This document shows, one piece after another, positions 12,401 to 22,937 of a stretch of DNA of 64,000 nucleotides. The stretch is from assembly GCA_002269645.1 (NCBI GenBank), contig NIVC01000793.1, positions 310,001 through 374,000 on the forward strand, given 5' to 3'. A program made the translations under genes and the position numbers. A model generated the notes under the pieces. The model worked only from the letters and a program-made list of their open reading frames with translations. It made no database searches and was not told where the DNA came from. Source of the stretch: Macrostomum lignano. Its lineage: Eukaryota. How positions within the stretch are numbered: position 1 is the first letter of the stretch; every line of letters begins with the position of its first letter.

Positions 12401-14546
12401 TGACACAAGTAGGATAGAATCCCTGCCACAAGTAGGATAGAATGACTGACACAAGTAGGATAGACTGACTGACTCAAGTAGGATAGAATGACTGACACAA
12501 GTAGGATAGAATGAGTGACACAAGTAAGATAGAATCGCTGACACAAGTAAGATAGAATCGCTGACACAAATAAGATAGAATCGCCAATTAGATAGAATAT
12601 AGAATATAATAGACTACAGAACAATTTAGATTTTAGCCTGCGGCCTCTCACTCCCGTCTTTCAAGCGTTCTTCTATTCGTTGACGAGGCCGACGCATTCC
12701 TGCGCAAGCGCAGTCAGGAGCGCATTAGCGAAGACATGCGCGCAACGCTGAACGCTTTTCTCTATCGGACTGGCGAACAGTCGCAGAAGTTCATGCTAGT
12801 GTTGGCGTCCAATCAGCCTGAGCAGCTGGACTGGGCCATCAATGACCGGGTGGACGAGATTGTGGAATTCGACCTGCCTGATCTAGCCGAGCGAGAGAGG
12901 CTGGTTGCTCATTATTATGAAAAGTACGTTTGACTCGGGCCTGATCTCTGGGGCACGGATTGTGACAGGAGATTGTTTAGTGTGGTTCTCCTTCGCCTAA
13001 AAACTGAGGATCGGGTTTGATATTTCAACTGAAAAATGAGGTTCCACCTAAATATTGGACATGGGACCGAATTCATTTTCGTAGGCCTTGGGGATGGGAC
13101 TGAGAGCCCCACCTAAATATCGGGGTGGGACTGAGAGCCCCACCTAAATATCGGAATGGGACTGGGAGTCCACCTAAATATCGGGAGTGGGACTCGGAGT
13201 CCACCTAAATATCGGGATGGGACTGGGAGTCCACCTAAATATCGAGATGGGACTCGGAGTCCACCTAAATATCGGGGGGAGACTGAGAGCCCACCTAAAT
13301 ATCGAGATGGGACTCGGAGTCCACCTAAATATCGGGGGAGACTGAGAGCCCACCTAAATATCGAGATGGGACTCGGAGTCCACCTAAATATCGGGGGGAG
13401 ACTGAGAGCCCACCTAAATATCGGGAGTGGGACTCGGGAGTCCACCTAAATATCGGGATGGGACTAGGAGCCCACCTAAATATATGGGACTGGAATCTAC
13501 CTAAATATGAGGATAGAACTGGGAGTCCACCTAAATTTGAGGATGGGACTGGAATCCACCTAAATATTAGGATGGGACTGGGAGTCCACCTAAATATGGG
13601 TGGTGGGACTGGAATCCACCTAAATATGAGTGGTGGGACTGGAATCCACCTAAATATGAGGATGGGACTGGAATCCACCTAAATATGAGGATGGGACTGG
13701 GAGTCCACCTAAATATCGGGATGGGACTGAGAGCCCACCTAAATATCGGGATGGGACTGGGAGTCCACCTAAATATCGGGAGTGGGACTCGGAGTCCACC
13801 TAAATATGGGGATGGGACTGGGAGCCCACCTAAATATCGGGATGGGACTGGGAGTCCACCTAAATATCGGGATGGGACTGGGAGTCCACCTAAATATGGG
13901 GATGGGACTGGGAGCCCACCTAAATATCCGGATGGGACTGGGAGTCCACCTAAATATCCGGATGGGACTGGGAGTCCACATAAATATGGGGATGGGCTGG
14001 GAGCCCACCTAAATATCCGGATGGGACTGGGAGTCCACCTAAATATGGGATGGGACTAGGAGTCCACCTAAATATCGGAATGGGCTAAATATCGGGGGTG
14101 AGACTGGGGGTCACCTATTGTAGATATTGGAGGTGGGATTCAGTGGTCCGCCTGAAAATAGTAGAAGCTCGTCACGACACAGCAGTATAATTTTCCTCGC
14201 TCCCTCATTTAGGTACGTGCTGCAGCCGTCCATGGACAAGCGCAACAAGATCACCGTGGACCCCAGCATCGATCACACGGCCAAGTGTCGCGAAATTGCC
14301 GCCAAAACTGCCGGCTTATCCGGCCGAGAGATCTCCAAGATTGCCGTGGCCTGGCAGGCGGCCGCCTACGCTTCAGAGACTGGCGTGATCGATGCCAACC
14401 TGCTAGACGAGAAGGTCGCCCTGTCCGTGGCCGCCCACGCCAAGAAGGTGCAGTGGGCGATGCACACTCTGCCATTGGAGTCGGCTCCAGATGCTTCTGC
14501 CGGCTCTAAGCGAGACTATCTGTCGCCAAGTGTGCCGACATCTTGA
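3462..14546 (+). CDS. ATAD3: ATPase family AAA domain-containing protein 3, 597 aa; exons 3462-3654, 8640-8716, 8822-9169, 10150-10608, 10747-10871, 12666-12923, 14213-14546
   Basis: All six introns are GT-AG with matching phases (1,0,0,0,2,2); 1794 nt in total. N-terminus [25 protein letters not shown], coiled coil, [11 protein letters not shown], Walker A GPPGTGKT, Walker [34 protein letters not shown]. Confidence 0.96.
4190..4362. mobile_element. hAT-type MITE with 8-bp target-site duplication
   Basis: Ends CAGGGGTGGACTGAGG and CCTGGGTCCATCCTTG are imperfect inverted repeats. Flanks AGGTCGTT (4182-4189) and AGGTCATT (4363-4370) differ at 1 of 8 positions. Internal palindrome GGGGCCATGGCCCC. 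Confidence 0.7.
5710..7290. mobile_element. Foldback-like non-autonomous element with long inverted arms and internal arrays
   Basis: 5710-5835 is an imperfect reverse complement of 7158-7290. The left array of TTGCCAA subunits (144-bp period, 5991-6600) is mirrored by a right 17-bp array GGCAAATTAGGAATTTT (6900-7050). Confidence 0.8.
8300..8563. repeat. Degenerate 16-bp subrepeat array (GTGAAGTTTAGCGCTT) at the 3' end of ATAD3 intron 1
   Basis: About 10 interrupted copies, with larger duplicated blocks at 8446-8540. Confidence 0.8.
9230..9467 (-). mobile_element. tRNA-derived SINE-like element, copy 2
   Basis: Shares GAATCGAGCC..CGCTGGCACATCAGAGCGCCGCGC.AGAC.ACT with 1606-1653. Confidence 0.65.
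9492..9535 (+). pseudogene. 5S rRNA-like fragment (internal control region part)
   Basis: AAGTTAAGCAAAGTTGGTTCCGGTTAGTACC resembles recalled 5S GAAGCTAAGCAGGGTCGGGCCTGGTTAGTACT; a second copy lies at 27572-27620. Confidence 0.5.
9634..9690 (-). mobile_element. Internally deleted tRNA-like head (SINE or tRNA pseudogene)
   Basis: The reverse complement reads AGCTCAGCGGTAAA (A box) ... GGGTTCGATTCC (B box), with the anticodon arm largely missing. Confidence 0.5.
9757..9857. mobile_element. hAT/Charlie-like MITE remnant
   Basis: Starts CAGGGGTGGGCAAACTCCGGCCCGC, has internal TCCGGCCC motifs and ends AAGGTTTGCC, the partial reverse complement of GGCAAAC. The right end is lost in a CT-rich tract. 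Confidence 0.6.
9860..10000. repeat. CT-rich low-complexity tract
   Basis: Irregular CTCT/CTCCT/CTACT runs. Confidence 0.85.
10965..12590. repeat. 23-bp minisatellite (CTGACACAAGTAGGATAGAATCG), about 70 copies, filling ATAD3 intron 5
   Basis: Direct periodicity; source of the three 500-570 aa minus-strand pseudo-ORFs. Confidence 0.98.
13045..14095. repeat. About 30-bp minisatellite (CCACCTAAATATCGGGATGGGACTGGGAGT) filling ATAD3 intron 6
   Basis: Direct periodicity, about 33 copies. Confidence 0.97.
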
Positions 14547-15054
14547 ATGCAATCGTTAGAAATATCTCCGATGGTTTGTGTCTTTTATATACAATTTATA
14601 AACTGTTTGCTAGGTAAAATTTTCCAACTTTATGAATCATTTATTAGCAGTCTGTTGTATTGCTTGAATACACTTTTTAATAGCTAAAAAATAATGTTAG
14701 TGCAAGTTGTGAGCTAGTTTTTTATAAACTTGCATTTTCAATTACTGGCGCATTCTGAGACAGTCCAACCAGCTTATTGACTCCTCACTGATGCCTGTTG
14801 TCATTGACAACCGTCTCCGATGCCCACAAACCCTACTTAATCTATAGCACCATCTTGTTCAACCCTGAGTCGAGTAGAGGCAAATAATTATTGTTTCTGG
14901 TTATTGCTTTGCTTATATTCTCTAGGCTGACTATTTGAATTTAACTATATTTTTAGCTTTGAATTTGTTAAATAAAACCAATGAGCCCTTTGGCCAACTC
15001 TCTTTGCAGTTTTCTTCTTTTATTTCAAACTAGGTATTCTTGCGGTCTTAGAAA

Positions 15055-16132
15055 TTGGTAGATAGCGGCTGTTACTGCAGGAGCTACTGAATGGGGGCAG
15101 GGTAGATAGCGGCTGTCTCAGCAGTAGCTACTGAATGGGGGCAGGGTAGATAGCGGCTGTCTCAGCAGTAGCTACTGAATGGGGGCAGGGTAGATAGCAG
15201 CTGTCAGCCGTCTCATCAGTAGCTACTGAATGGGGGCAGGGTAGATAGCGGCTGTCACTGCAGTAGCTACTGAATTGGGGCAGGGTAGATAGCAGCTGTC
15301 ACTGCAGTAGCTACTGAATGGGGGCAGGGTAGATAGCAGCTGTCACTGCAGTAGCTACTGAATGGGGGCAGGGTAGATAGCGGCTGTCTCAGCAGTAGCT
15401 ACTGTATGGGGGCAGGGTAGATAGCGGCTGTCTCAGCAGTAGCTACTGTATGGGGGCAGGGTAGATAGCAGCTGTCACTGCAGTAGCTACTGAATGGGGG
15501 CAGGGTAGATAGCGGCTGTCTCAGCAGTAGCTACTGTATGGGGGCAGGGTAGATAGCAGCTGTCAGCCGTCTCATCAGTAGCTACTGAATGGGGGCAGGG
15601 TAGATAGCAGCTGTCTCAGCAGTAGCTACTGAATGGGGGCAGGGTAGATAGCGGCTGTCTCAGCAGTAGCTACTGTATGGGGGCAGGGTAGATAGCAGCT
15701 GTCTCATCAGTAGCTACTGAATGGGGGCAGGGTAGATAGCAGCTGTCTCAGCAGTAGCTACTGAATGGGGGCAGGGTAGATAGCAGCTGTCTCAGCAGTA
15801 GCTACTGAATGGGGGCAGGGTAGATAGCAGCTGTCTCAGCAGTAGCTACTGAATGGGGGCAGGGTAGATAGCAGCTGTCACTGCAGTAGCTACTGTATGG
15901 GGGCAGGGTAGATAGCAGCTGTCTCATCAGTAGCTACTGAATGGGGGCAGGGTAGATAGCAGCTGTCTCAGCAGTAGCTACTGAATGGGGGCAGGGTAGA
16001 TAGCAGCTGTCTCAGCAGTAGCTACTGAATGGGGGCAGGGTAGATAGCAGCTGTCTCAGCAGTAGCTACTGAATGGGGGCAGGGTAGATAGCAGCTGTCA
16101 CTGCAGTAGCTACTGAATGGGGGCAGGGTAGA
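15055..16132. repeat. 44-bp minisatellite (GCAGTAGCTACTGAATGGGGGCAGGGTAGATAGCAGCTGTCTCA) between ATAD3 and the Kelch gene
   Basis: Period 44 measured (15721 to 15765), about 24 copies. Confidence 0.98.
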
Positions 16133-16258
16133 CAGGCTGCTCTAGCTCAGCAGCCATCGAGCCCGCTAAAAGCGGAGCTGCATTAAACTCTGTATTGCAA
16201 TTGTCCCGCTGCCAATCGCATTAGTCGGGCACGATCCGCAGCCTGCGGCAACTCGCAC

Positions 16259-19200
16259 ATGGACGGCAGCAGCGCAAGCTCGGCCGCTCAGCAGCAGCAG
16301 GAGGAGTGCAACAAGGAGACGGCCAGCCTTGTCGGCTTGGAGCTGCTTGCCGCACTGCGGGCTGAACGCTCAGAATCCGCCGCAGACGTGGCTGCTGGTG
16401 CCGACAAGCGTCCAACAGACCTCGACTTGCTGCTCGCTGACGGTCGCTTATTAAGCGTCCATTCCACCGTGCTGCGAGTGTTCAGCGAGTTCTTTCGAGT
16501 CATGCTGTCAGTTGAAATGCGCGAACGCCGCGAAGGTCGAGTAGATCTCAGTCATTTGGAAGCTAGGCACGTGGCTTATTGCATCGACCTGCTGTATGGC
16601 GATGTACAACCGCTTGATAAAGATTCCGTGCTGGATGTGGCTTATGTGGCAAACTTTCTCCAGCTACCGGTTGCCACCCGGCATTGTCAGCGGTTATTAA
16701 TGCGCTGTTTTACTACGGCCGAATTAGACTCAGCTTACGCATTGTTTGAGCGTTTGAGTTGGAACGAGTTTATGGATGAGCTTAATCGCCAGGTGAGCAG
16801 CTGGCTGGTGTAGTAACAGAGGCTTGGTTAGTTTTCTCTCTAGAGAGAGAGATTCAATTTAGACTACTGAGAAAAGCAGACGAATAAAGATTTGAATCGT
16901 AAAATCTCTTGCATAGACCACAGATACTAGAATAACTCTCTCGTAGATAGGCCACTCAGGCATATATACTTAGTAAAACAGCTTTCTACTTTCAGTTCAG
17001 TAGCAAAGAAGAATACATAAGCTATTTTATAAGAATAAGGTCAGCTGAGATTACTTTGATAAGTTAAGAAGCCCAAGCTTGCAGACGCAAACGGCTTGCT
17101 AATTGGTTCAGCCATAATGTACATTAGCCACTGAAATGTACAAGGCAGACTTAGACTTAGGCTGGAACAACCGAGGAAGGTAATAAAATTTGGGTGGCGG
17201 GGCAGGGATTGTGGTTCTGTGTGGAGTTTGAGGGGGGGGGGTAAGAACCAATAATAAGCCTTGTCTTCAAAATACATTAAAATACTTTTAAAATGCTTCA
17301 GTTTAACTTACTACTGAATTGAAAGTAGCTTACACGCAAATGTGCTGAGTCGCCCATCAAGTTATTCTAGTACATGTATATGTGGTATATAGAGCGAAAA
17401 ATGTCGCCACGAAGCAAATGGCAGCATAATAATAAACTGACTGACGAAAGCAAACAAATCAGAAACTGCTCTTGGTCTGTCTGCGCGAGGTTAGACCCCC
17501 CTCCTCACTTCTAGCGTGTCACACACCCAGTCCAACTGTAAAGCAACCCTTAAAATCATCAAGAGACGATTGAAAAATAAAATAGCGGTATATAAAACGA
17601 CGATAAAATGACTGCCAGCGTTTAGTAGGCAATTAAAAACGTTTGTAAAGTACTCGTGATTAAGAACTGGATATAAAAGAACTAACGCTCTTAAAATGAC
17701 GGAACCAGAATTGTATGACCGACAGCTCAGCCGCAGCTATTGCGCGCATCTCAAAGCTGCGTACGGCTGTTCAGTCCAAGGACTGGAGGGGGGTCGCCAC
17801 ACAGCCCCAATTACCCCAGCTAATGCTGGCACCCATTTTACAGCTGGGTGAACTGAAGCAATGCAGAGTTGTTTTGCTCCAGGACACATTGTTCCAGTAG
17901 GATCGGGAATCGAACCCCCAACCTTGAAGTCGCGAGTCCGACGCTCTAACCGCTAGGCTGCAACCCCCTTAAAAATTAGAAGAAAACAGTTGCCATGACA
18001 CCTCACTCATCCCCGCCCTTGCTAACCAAATCGCTCAGGTTCGCCTGGACAGCTGGGAGGATGCCAATCGGGTTCATAAATTTTCATTCGACCGGCTTCT
18101 GAGCGTTCTGAGCCGACCGGAGCTATCCGTCTCGGGCGAGGACCGCGTCCTGGACGTCTGCAGTCGCTGGATGGACGATCAGCGTATCGGCGTTGGCAAC
18201 GGGCCAGCAACTGCCGCTCAGCGAATCCGCCTGCTGTCTTGCATCCGGCAGCTGTATCTGGGGCCGGATTGTCTCACTAAATTTCGAACTCTGGCCGCCG
18301 CCTGCGGTTTCCCCGGCTCTTTGCCGGCTCAGCCGCCTCTGAATACTCCGTTCCGGCGGCTGGAATTGGCCGCCGCCGGTGCCGCTCCAGCCGACCTGCT
18401 GATGCCTCGCTGTTGTCAGGAACGGATGCTGTTCATATCCGGACCCGACATTCAGGTGAAATTCATTGACAGGCGCTCAATCATTGGCTTAGTTAGTCAC
18501 CCACTCTCATTCATGAGCTCACTCAGGCTATGTAATAATTTAGTCACTCACTCTCATTCATGAGCTCACTCATAGGCTATGTAATCATTTAGTCACTCAC
18601 TCTCATTCATGAGCTCACTCATAGGCTCATGAATTCATTCGATTATTCCCTGGCGAGCTCTCTTATAAATTCATGAACTCAGTCATTTCATTTCATGAAC
18701 TAAATCATTCATCTTTGTCCTTAAGAATCAATTATCGTAGCTAGAAGAATTCAGAATTGTAATTGACCTTAACCTGTTGTTTGCAGGGCGCCTGTCTATC
18801 CTTATTTTTTGTGGACCCATTAGAATTGAAGCAGCAAGACCAACAGCAGCAGCTCACTCTGCACTGCGAACAGCTTGACGCTCCGGAATTTAAGATGCGC
18901 ACAGTTGAACTGCAGTGCTGCGTTGGTGGCGGCGGATGCGTGTTGTTCCTACATGAGACTGTTATGAATGTGATGTACAGTTTCGTGTCCATGCCGGCGC
19001 CTTCTAGTCTGTACGCCATCGACCTGGCCGGAGTGCTGCCCGTGCTGCGCTATCAAGGCGTACCCGATTCGCTAATTGGATTCCGGATGCTCTGTCTAGG
19101 CAGCCGTCTGTACGCCTTTGGCGGCCGCGACTGCCGCATGACTATCCGCGATCTCGTGTTCGTGTTTGATAGCGTCACGCCTGGCGGCACTATGAAATGG

Positions 19201-20890
19201 GATCACGTGTTTTATCCCTTGGAGAGCACTGGCGGTAGGAAGGTAAGGATTTGTTCTGAATTTGCGGCCTGGAGTGCTTAATACTAAATTTGATTTTGCA
19301 TCATTTCCCGCTCTCAGGTGCCCGTACTGTTGCCTCAGCCAATGAGCGAGCTGGCTGTACTAGCTGTGCCGTCTGCCGCCCTGCCCCAGTCCGCCCCCGA
19401 CTCGGTCAACAAAGCCGCCAAGCTGGACAGAGCAGCGGCGGCGTCCCGCCACGTGCTGCTCTCCGGTGGGCGAACTAACGGCGACGAAGAGGGCGATCCT
19501 AGGCCTGCGCTGAACTGTCTGTACAGGTAAGGTTGGGTCCTCGGTGCGGTTATGATCATCCTGAATCGAATCACCCCGAATCGAACTGGCATCATCCCAG
19601 ATCCCCAAATCGAGCTGGTATCACCCCAGACCCCCAAATCAACTGGCATCATCCCAGATCCCCAAATCGAGCTGGTATCACCCCAGACCCCCAAATCAAC
19701 TGGCATCATCCCAGATCCCCAAATCGAACTGGCATCATCCCAGATCCCCAAATCGAGCTGGCATCATCCCAGATCCCCAAATCGAGCTGGTATCACCTCA
19801 AACCCCCAAATCAAAATGGCTTCATCCCAGATCCCCAAATCGAACTGGAATCACCCCAGACCCCCAAATCGAGCTGGCATCATCCCAGATCCCCAAATCA
19901 AACTGGCATCATCCCAGATCCTCAAATCGAGCTGGCATCACCTTAGATCCCCAAATGGAGCTTGGCATCATCCCAGATCCCCAAATCGAACTGGAATCAC
20001 CCCAGACCCCAAATCGAGCTGGCATCATCCCAGATCCCCAAATCAAACTGGCATCATCCCAGATCCTCAAATCGAGCTGGTATCACCTCAGACGCCAAAT
20101 CAAAATGGCTTCATCCCAGATCCCCAAATCGAGCTGGTATCACCTCAGTCCCCAAATCAAAATGGCATCATCCCAGATCCCCAAATCAAACTGGCATCAT
20201 CCCAGATCCCCAAATCAAACTGGCATCATCCCAGATCCTCAAATCAGCTGGCATCATCCCAGATCCTCAAATCAGCTGGCATCATCCCAGATCCTCAAAT
20301 CAGCTGGCATCATCCCAGATCCTCAAACCGAGCTGGCACCCTCTTCCCTGCGGCCCCCCAGATACGACAGCCATCGAATGGAGTTCAGCCGCCTGGCGGA
20401 CATGAACCGCAGCCGATTCGGCCACAGCATGCACCTGGTCGGCAATCGAATATTCGTATTCGGCGGCACGCCCGATTCATCGGAGAGCCCGTTCTCATTC
20501 GCCGAGTATTACTCTCCGGACACTGACCAGTGGACGGTGGTGTCCGCTCTGGAGAGCCTCGGCCCGTCCCGCCCGCTGACATCAATTTTGGGCGGCCGAA
20601 TTTTCTACATTGGCCGGCCGCACGGTCAAGAGATGCTGCGCGACGGCCTGTGGGAATTCGAATTGGACAACGGCTACGAAGGGGTGACATCGTTGCATCA
20701 CCTGCGCGACCTGCCCGTTGCTATGCGAGACGCCACCAGAAGGGAGACTCACTGCGTGGCCCTGTCCGTGAACGTTAGTCCGTCCGGTTTGCGCTCCCTG
20801 CGTCAGCTGCTGCTGTCGCCTAGCGAAGATGCCGATGCCAGGTCGAGCGAGAGCGGCGGTGGCTCGAGACGGGCGTCCCGTGCGCACTAA
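16259..20890 (+). CDS. BTB-BACK-Kelch (KLHL/KBTBD-like) protein, about 714 aa; exons 16259-16792, 18039-18455, 18787-19242, 19318-19526, 20362-20890
   Basis: BTB: DLDLLLADGRLLSVHSTVLRVFSEFFRVML..EM.E, LY, A.FLQLP. BACK: LLSVLSRPELSVSGEDRVLDVCSRWM. Kelch-like: RLYAFGGRD, YDSHRMEFSRLADMNRSRFGHSMHLVGNRIFVFGG, AEYYSPDTDQWTVV. Phases 0,0,0,2 join; an in-frame stop lies upstream at about 16184. Confidence 0.85.
16987..17328. mobile_element. Possible old MITE with about 45-bp imperfect terminal inverted repeats in Kelch intron 1
   Basis: CTACTTTCAGTTCAGTAG (16987) versus CTACTGAATTGAAAGTAG (17311-17328), with weaker complementarity further in. Confidence 0.4.
17900..17968 (-). mobile_element. tRNA-like head of a second SINE-like family, or tRNA pseudogene
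   Basis: The reverse complement GGGGTTGCAGCCTAGCGGTTAGAGCGTCGGACTCGCGACTTCAAGGTTGGGGGTTCGATTCCCGATCC has A and B boxes, but the anticodon and acceptor stems do not pair. Confidence 0.55.
18493..18620. repeat. About 49-bp unit x ~2.5 in Kelch intron 2
   Basis: AGTCACTCACTCTCATTCATGAGCTCACTCATAGGCTATGTAATCATTT repeated. Confidence 0.85.
19570..20338. repeat. 28-29-bp minisatellite (CTGGCATCATCCCAGATCCCCAAATCGAG) filling Kelch intron 4
   Basis: Direct periodicity, about 26 copies. Confidence 0.97.
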
Positions 20891-21004
20891 TTTGAACTAG
20901 TTGTGTTTATTAGTTTACTCTTCTTGATTTTTGCTGTTTCTGGGGGTTTAGCATTTCCTGTTTTTAATTAACTGTGTAGTACTGCGTTGCTAATATTTTG
21001 TGTC

Positions 21005-21290
21005 AGTAGTATATATAGCTAGTATTCTATAGTGTGAGTATTATATATAGCTAGTATTCTATAGTGTCAGTAGTACATACAACTAGTATTCTATAGTGTG
21101 AGTATTATATATAGCTAGTATTCTATGGTGTCAGTAGTATATATAGCTAGCATTCTATGGTGTCAGTAGTATATAGCTAGCATTCTATGGTGTCAGTAAT
21201 ATATATATTATAGCTAGTATTCTTTGGTGTCAGTAGTATATATAGTGTTTTATATGCTCAGTACCGTCTATAGTGTCAGTGTCAGTCAGT
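21005..21290. repeat. Degenerate ~33-bp AT-rich array (TAGTATTCTATAGTGTCAGTAGTATATATAGC) 3' of the Kelch gene
   Basis: About 8 imperfect copies. Confidence 0.8.
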
Positions 21291-22257
21291 AGTATCTAGA
21301 GTTTCAAAAGTGCCTAATGTCTCAGTCACGTGTGTCAAATATTTCTATTATCTCGATGTGTGCAGAGTCACTTGTCAAAATTTGTTCAAAAGTATTGCTA
21401 CACCTCCTGTTGGTGTCTGGCAGTAGTATCTGTCGTTTCAATTGGCTTGTACAGTCGACATTTAGCCTTTTTTAATGCTGGCGAATTGCCTAACCCTTAT
21501 TAACTGCTCCAACCTGTCATGAAAGCTGCTATCCCCTGACTGCTGCACTCGCGTACGAGCTACTAGTTTCAGTAGTATGCACGCGTTAAATGTTAGTTTT
21601 AGCGCGCACCGGTGCAATAGAGCCTTTCAACTGGTAAAGATTTCTTCAATTGTTGTACTTTTATACCAGCTCAGCCACCAGCCGTCTCTTCTGCCTAGTC
21701 CTGCCACTTAATCCCCTGGCAACTGACCGACTTGAGCTGGTTTGAACCATGAGATTGTTTGTTTGTTATGCCTCTTGTTGCTGTGTTCAAGCTGTTTTAA
21801 TTAATAATATAATCAAGCGCCAATCCTGATTTAAAGCTGTTAACCCGATCTATTCGTGTAATTAATTATTTATCTGTTCTGAAAGAGTCACTGTAAGCAA
21901 AATTATGCGCTTCTAAGATCGATTTTTCCGGATTCAATCCGACCCTTTTTATTTTTTCTCTAGCCACTGTTCCTTTTATATATTAATATCAGTAGTATTT
22001 GTACGTTTTTAACGTCATTAATTGTGTTCTTGTACTTATAATTTCTAATCGTTAGTTTAGTTTTTTTTAAAGAAGTAAAATTCCAAGCCTGCTTTTTGTG
22101 TTTAATAATCGTCTAACGACATCTGGTTTTCAACTGATTCAATCTGACCGATTGGTGTGTTAACTAATAAACTGCAAATTGGCTTTGTATTGTCAACTTT
22201 TGCAGACTTTATTGTGTGCGACTGAACCTATTTATCTGATCTGCTTACTTTGTTACA

Positions 22258-22892
22258 TCTGCTGGGCCAGCCTCCCAGATCCTCAGTTGCTGGGCCAGCC
22301 TCCCAGATCCTCAGTTGCTGGGCCAGCCTCCCAGATCCTCAGTTGCTGGGCCAGCCTCCCAGATCCTCAGTTGCTGGGCCAGCCTCCCAGATCCTCAGTT
22401 GCTGGGCCAGCCTCCCAGATCCTCAGTTGCTGGGCCAGCCTCCCAGATCCTCAGTTGCTGGGCCAGCCTCCCAGATCCTCAGTTGCTGGGCCAGCCTCCC
22501 AGATCCTCAGTTGCTGGGCCAGCCTCCCAGATCCTCAGTTGCTGGGCCAGCCTCCCAGATCCTCAGTTGCTGGGCCAGCCTCCCAGATCCTCAGTTTCTG
22601 GCCAGCCTCCCAGATCCTCAGTTGCTGGGCCAGCCTCCCAGATCCTCAGTTGCTGGGCCAGCCTCCCAGATCCTCAGTTGCTGGGCCAGCCTCCCAGATC
22701 CTCAGTTGCTGGGCCAGCCTCCCAGATCCTCAGTTTCTGGCCAGCCTCCCAGATCCTCAGTTGCTGGGCCAGCCTCCCAGATCCTCAGTTGCTGGGCCAG
22801 CCTCCCAGATCCTCAGTTGCTGGGCCAGCCTCCCAGATCCTCAGTTGCTGGGTCAGCCTCCCAGATCCTCAGTTGCTGGGCCAGCCTCCCAG
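22258..22892. repeat. 28-bp highly homogeneous minisatellite (GCTGGGCCAGCCTCCCAGATCCTCAGTT) ending about 45 nt before the NFS1 ATG
   Basis: About 23 nearly identical copies. Confidence 0.98.
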
Positions 22893-22937
22893 AAATATTT
22901 AGTGATAAACTATTCCTTCTAAATTCAGCCGCTCAGC

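Noticed and set aside
10933-12651. Three 500-570 aa minus-strand ORFs (Cys/Ser/Leu-rich)
   Set aside because: Translations of a 23-bp array lacking stops on that strand; they lie inside ATAD3 intron 5 and are open in all three frames.
17900-17968. Functional tRNA gene
   Set aside because: A and B boxes are present but the acceptor and anticodon stems do not pair; treated as a SINE head or pseudogene. The same applies to 1596-1667, 9401-9467 and 9634-9690.
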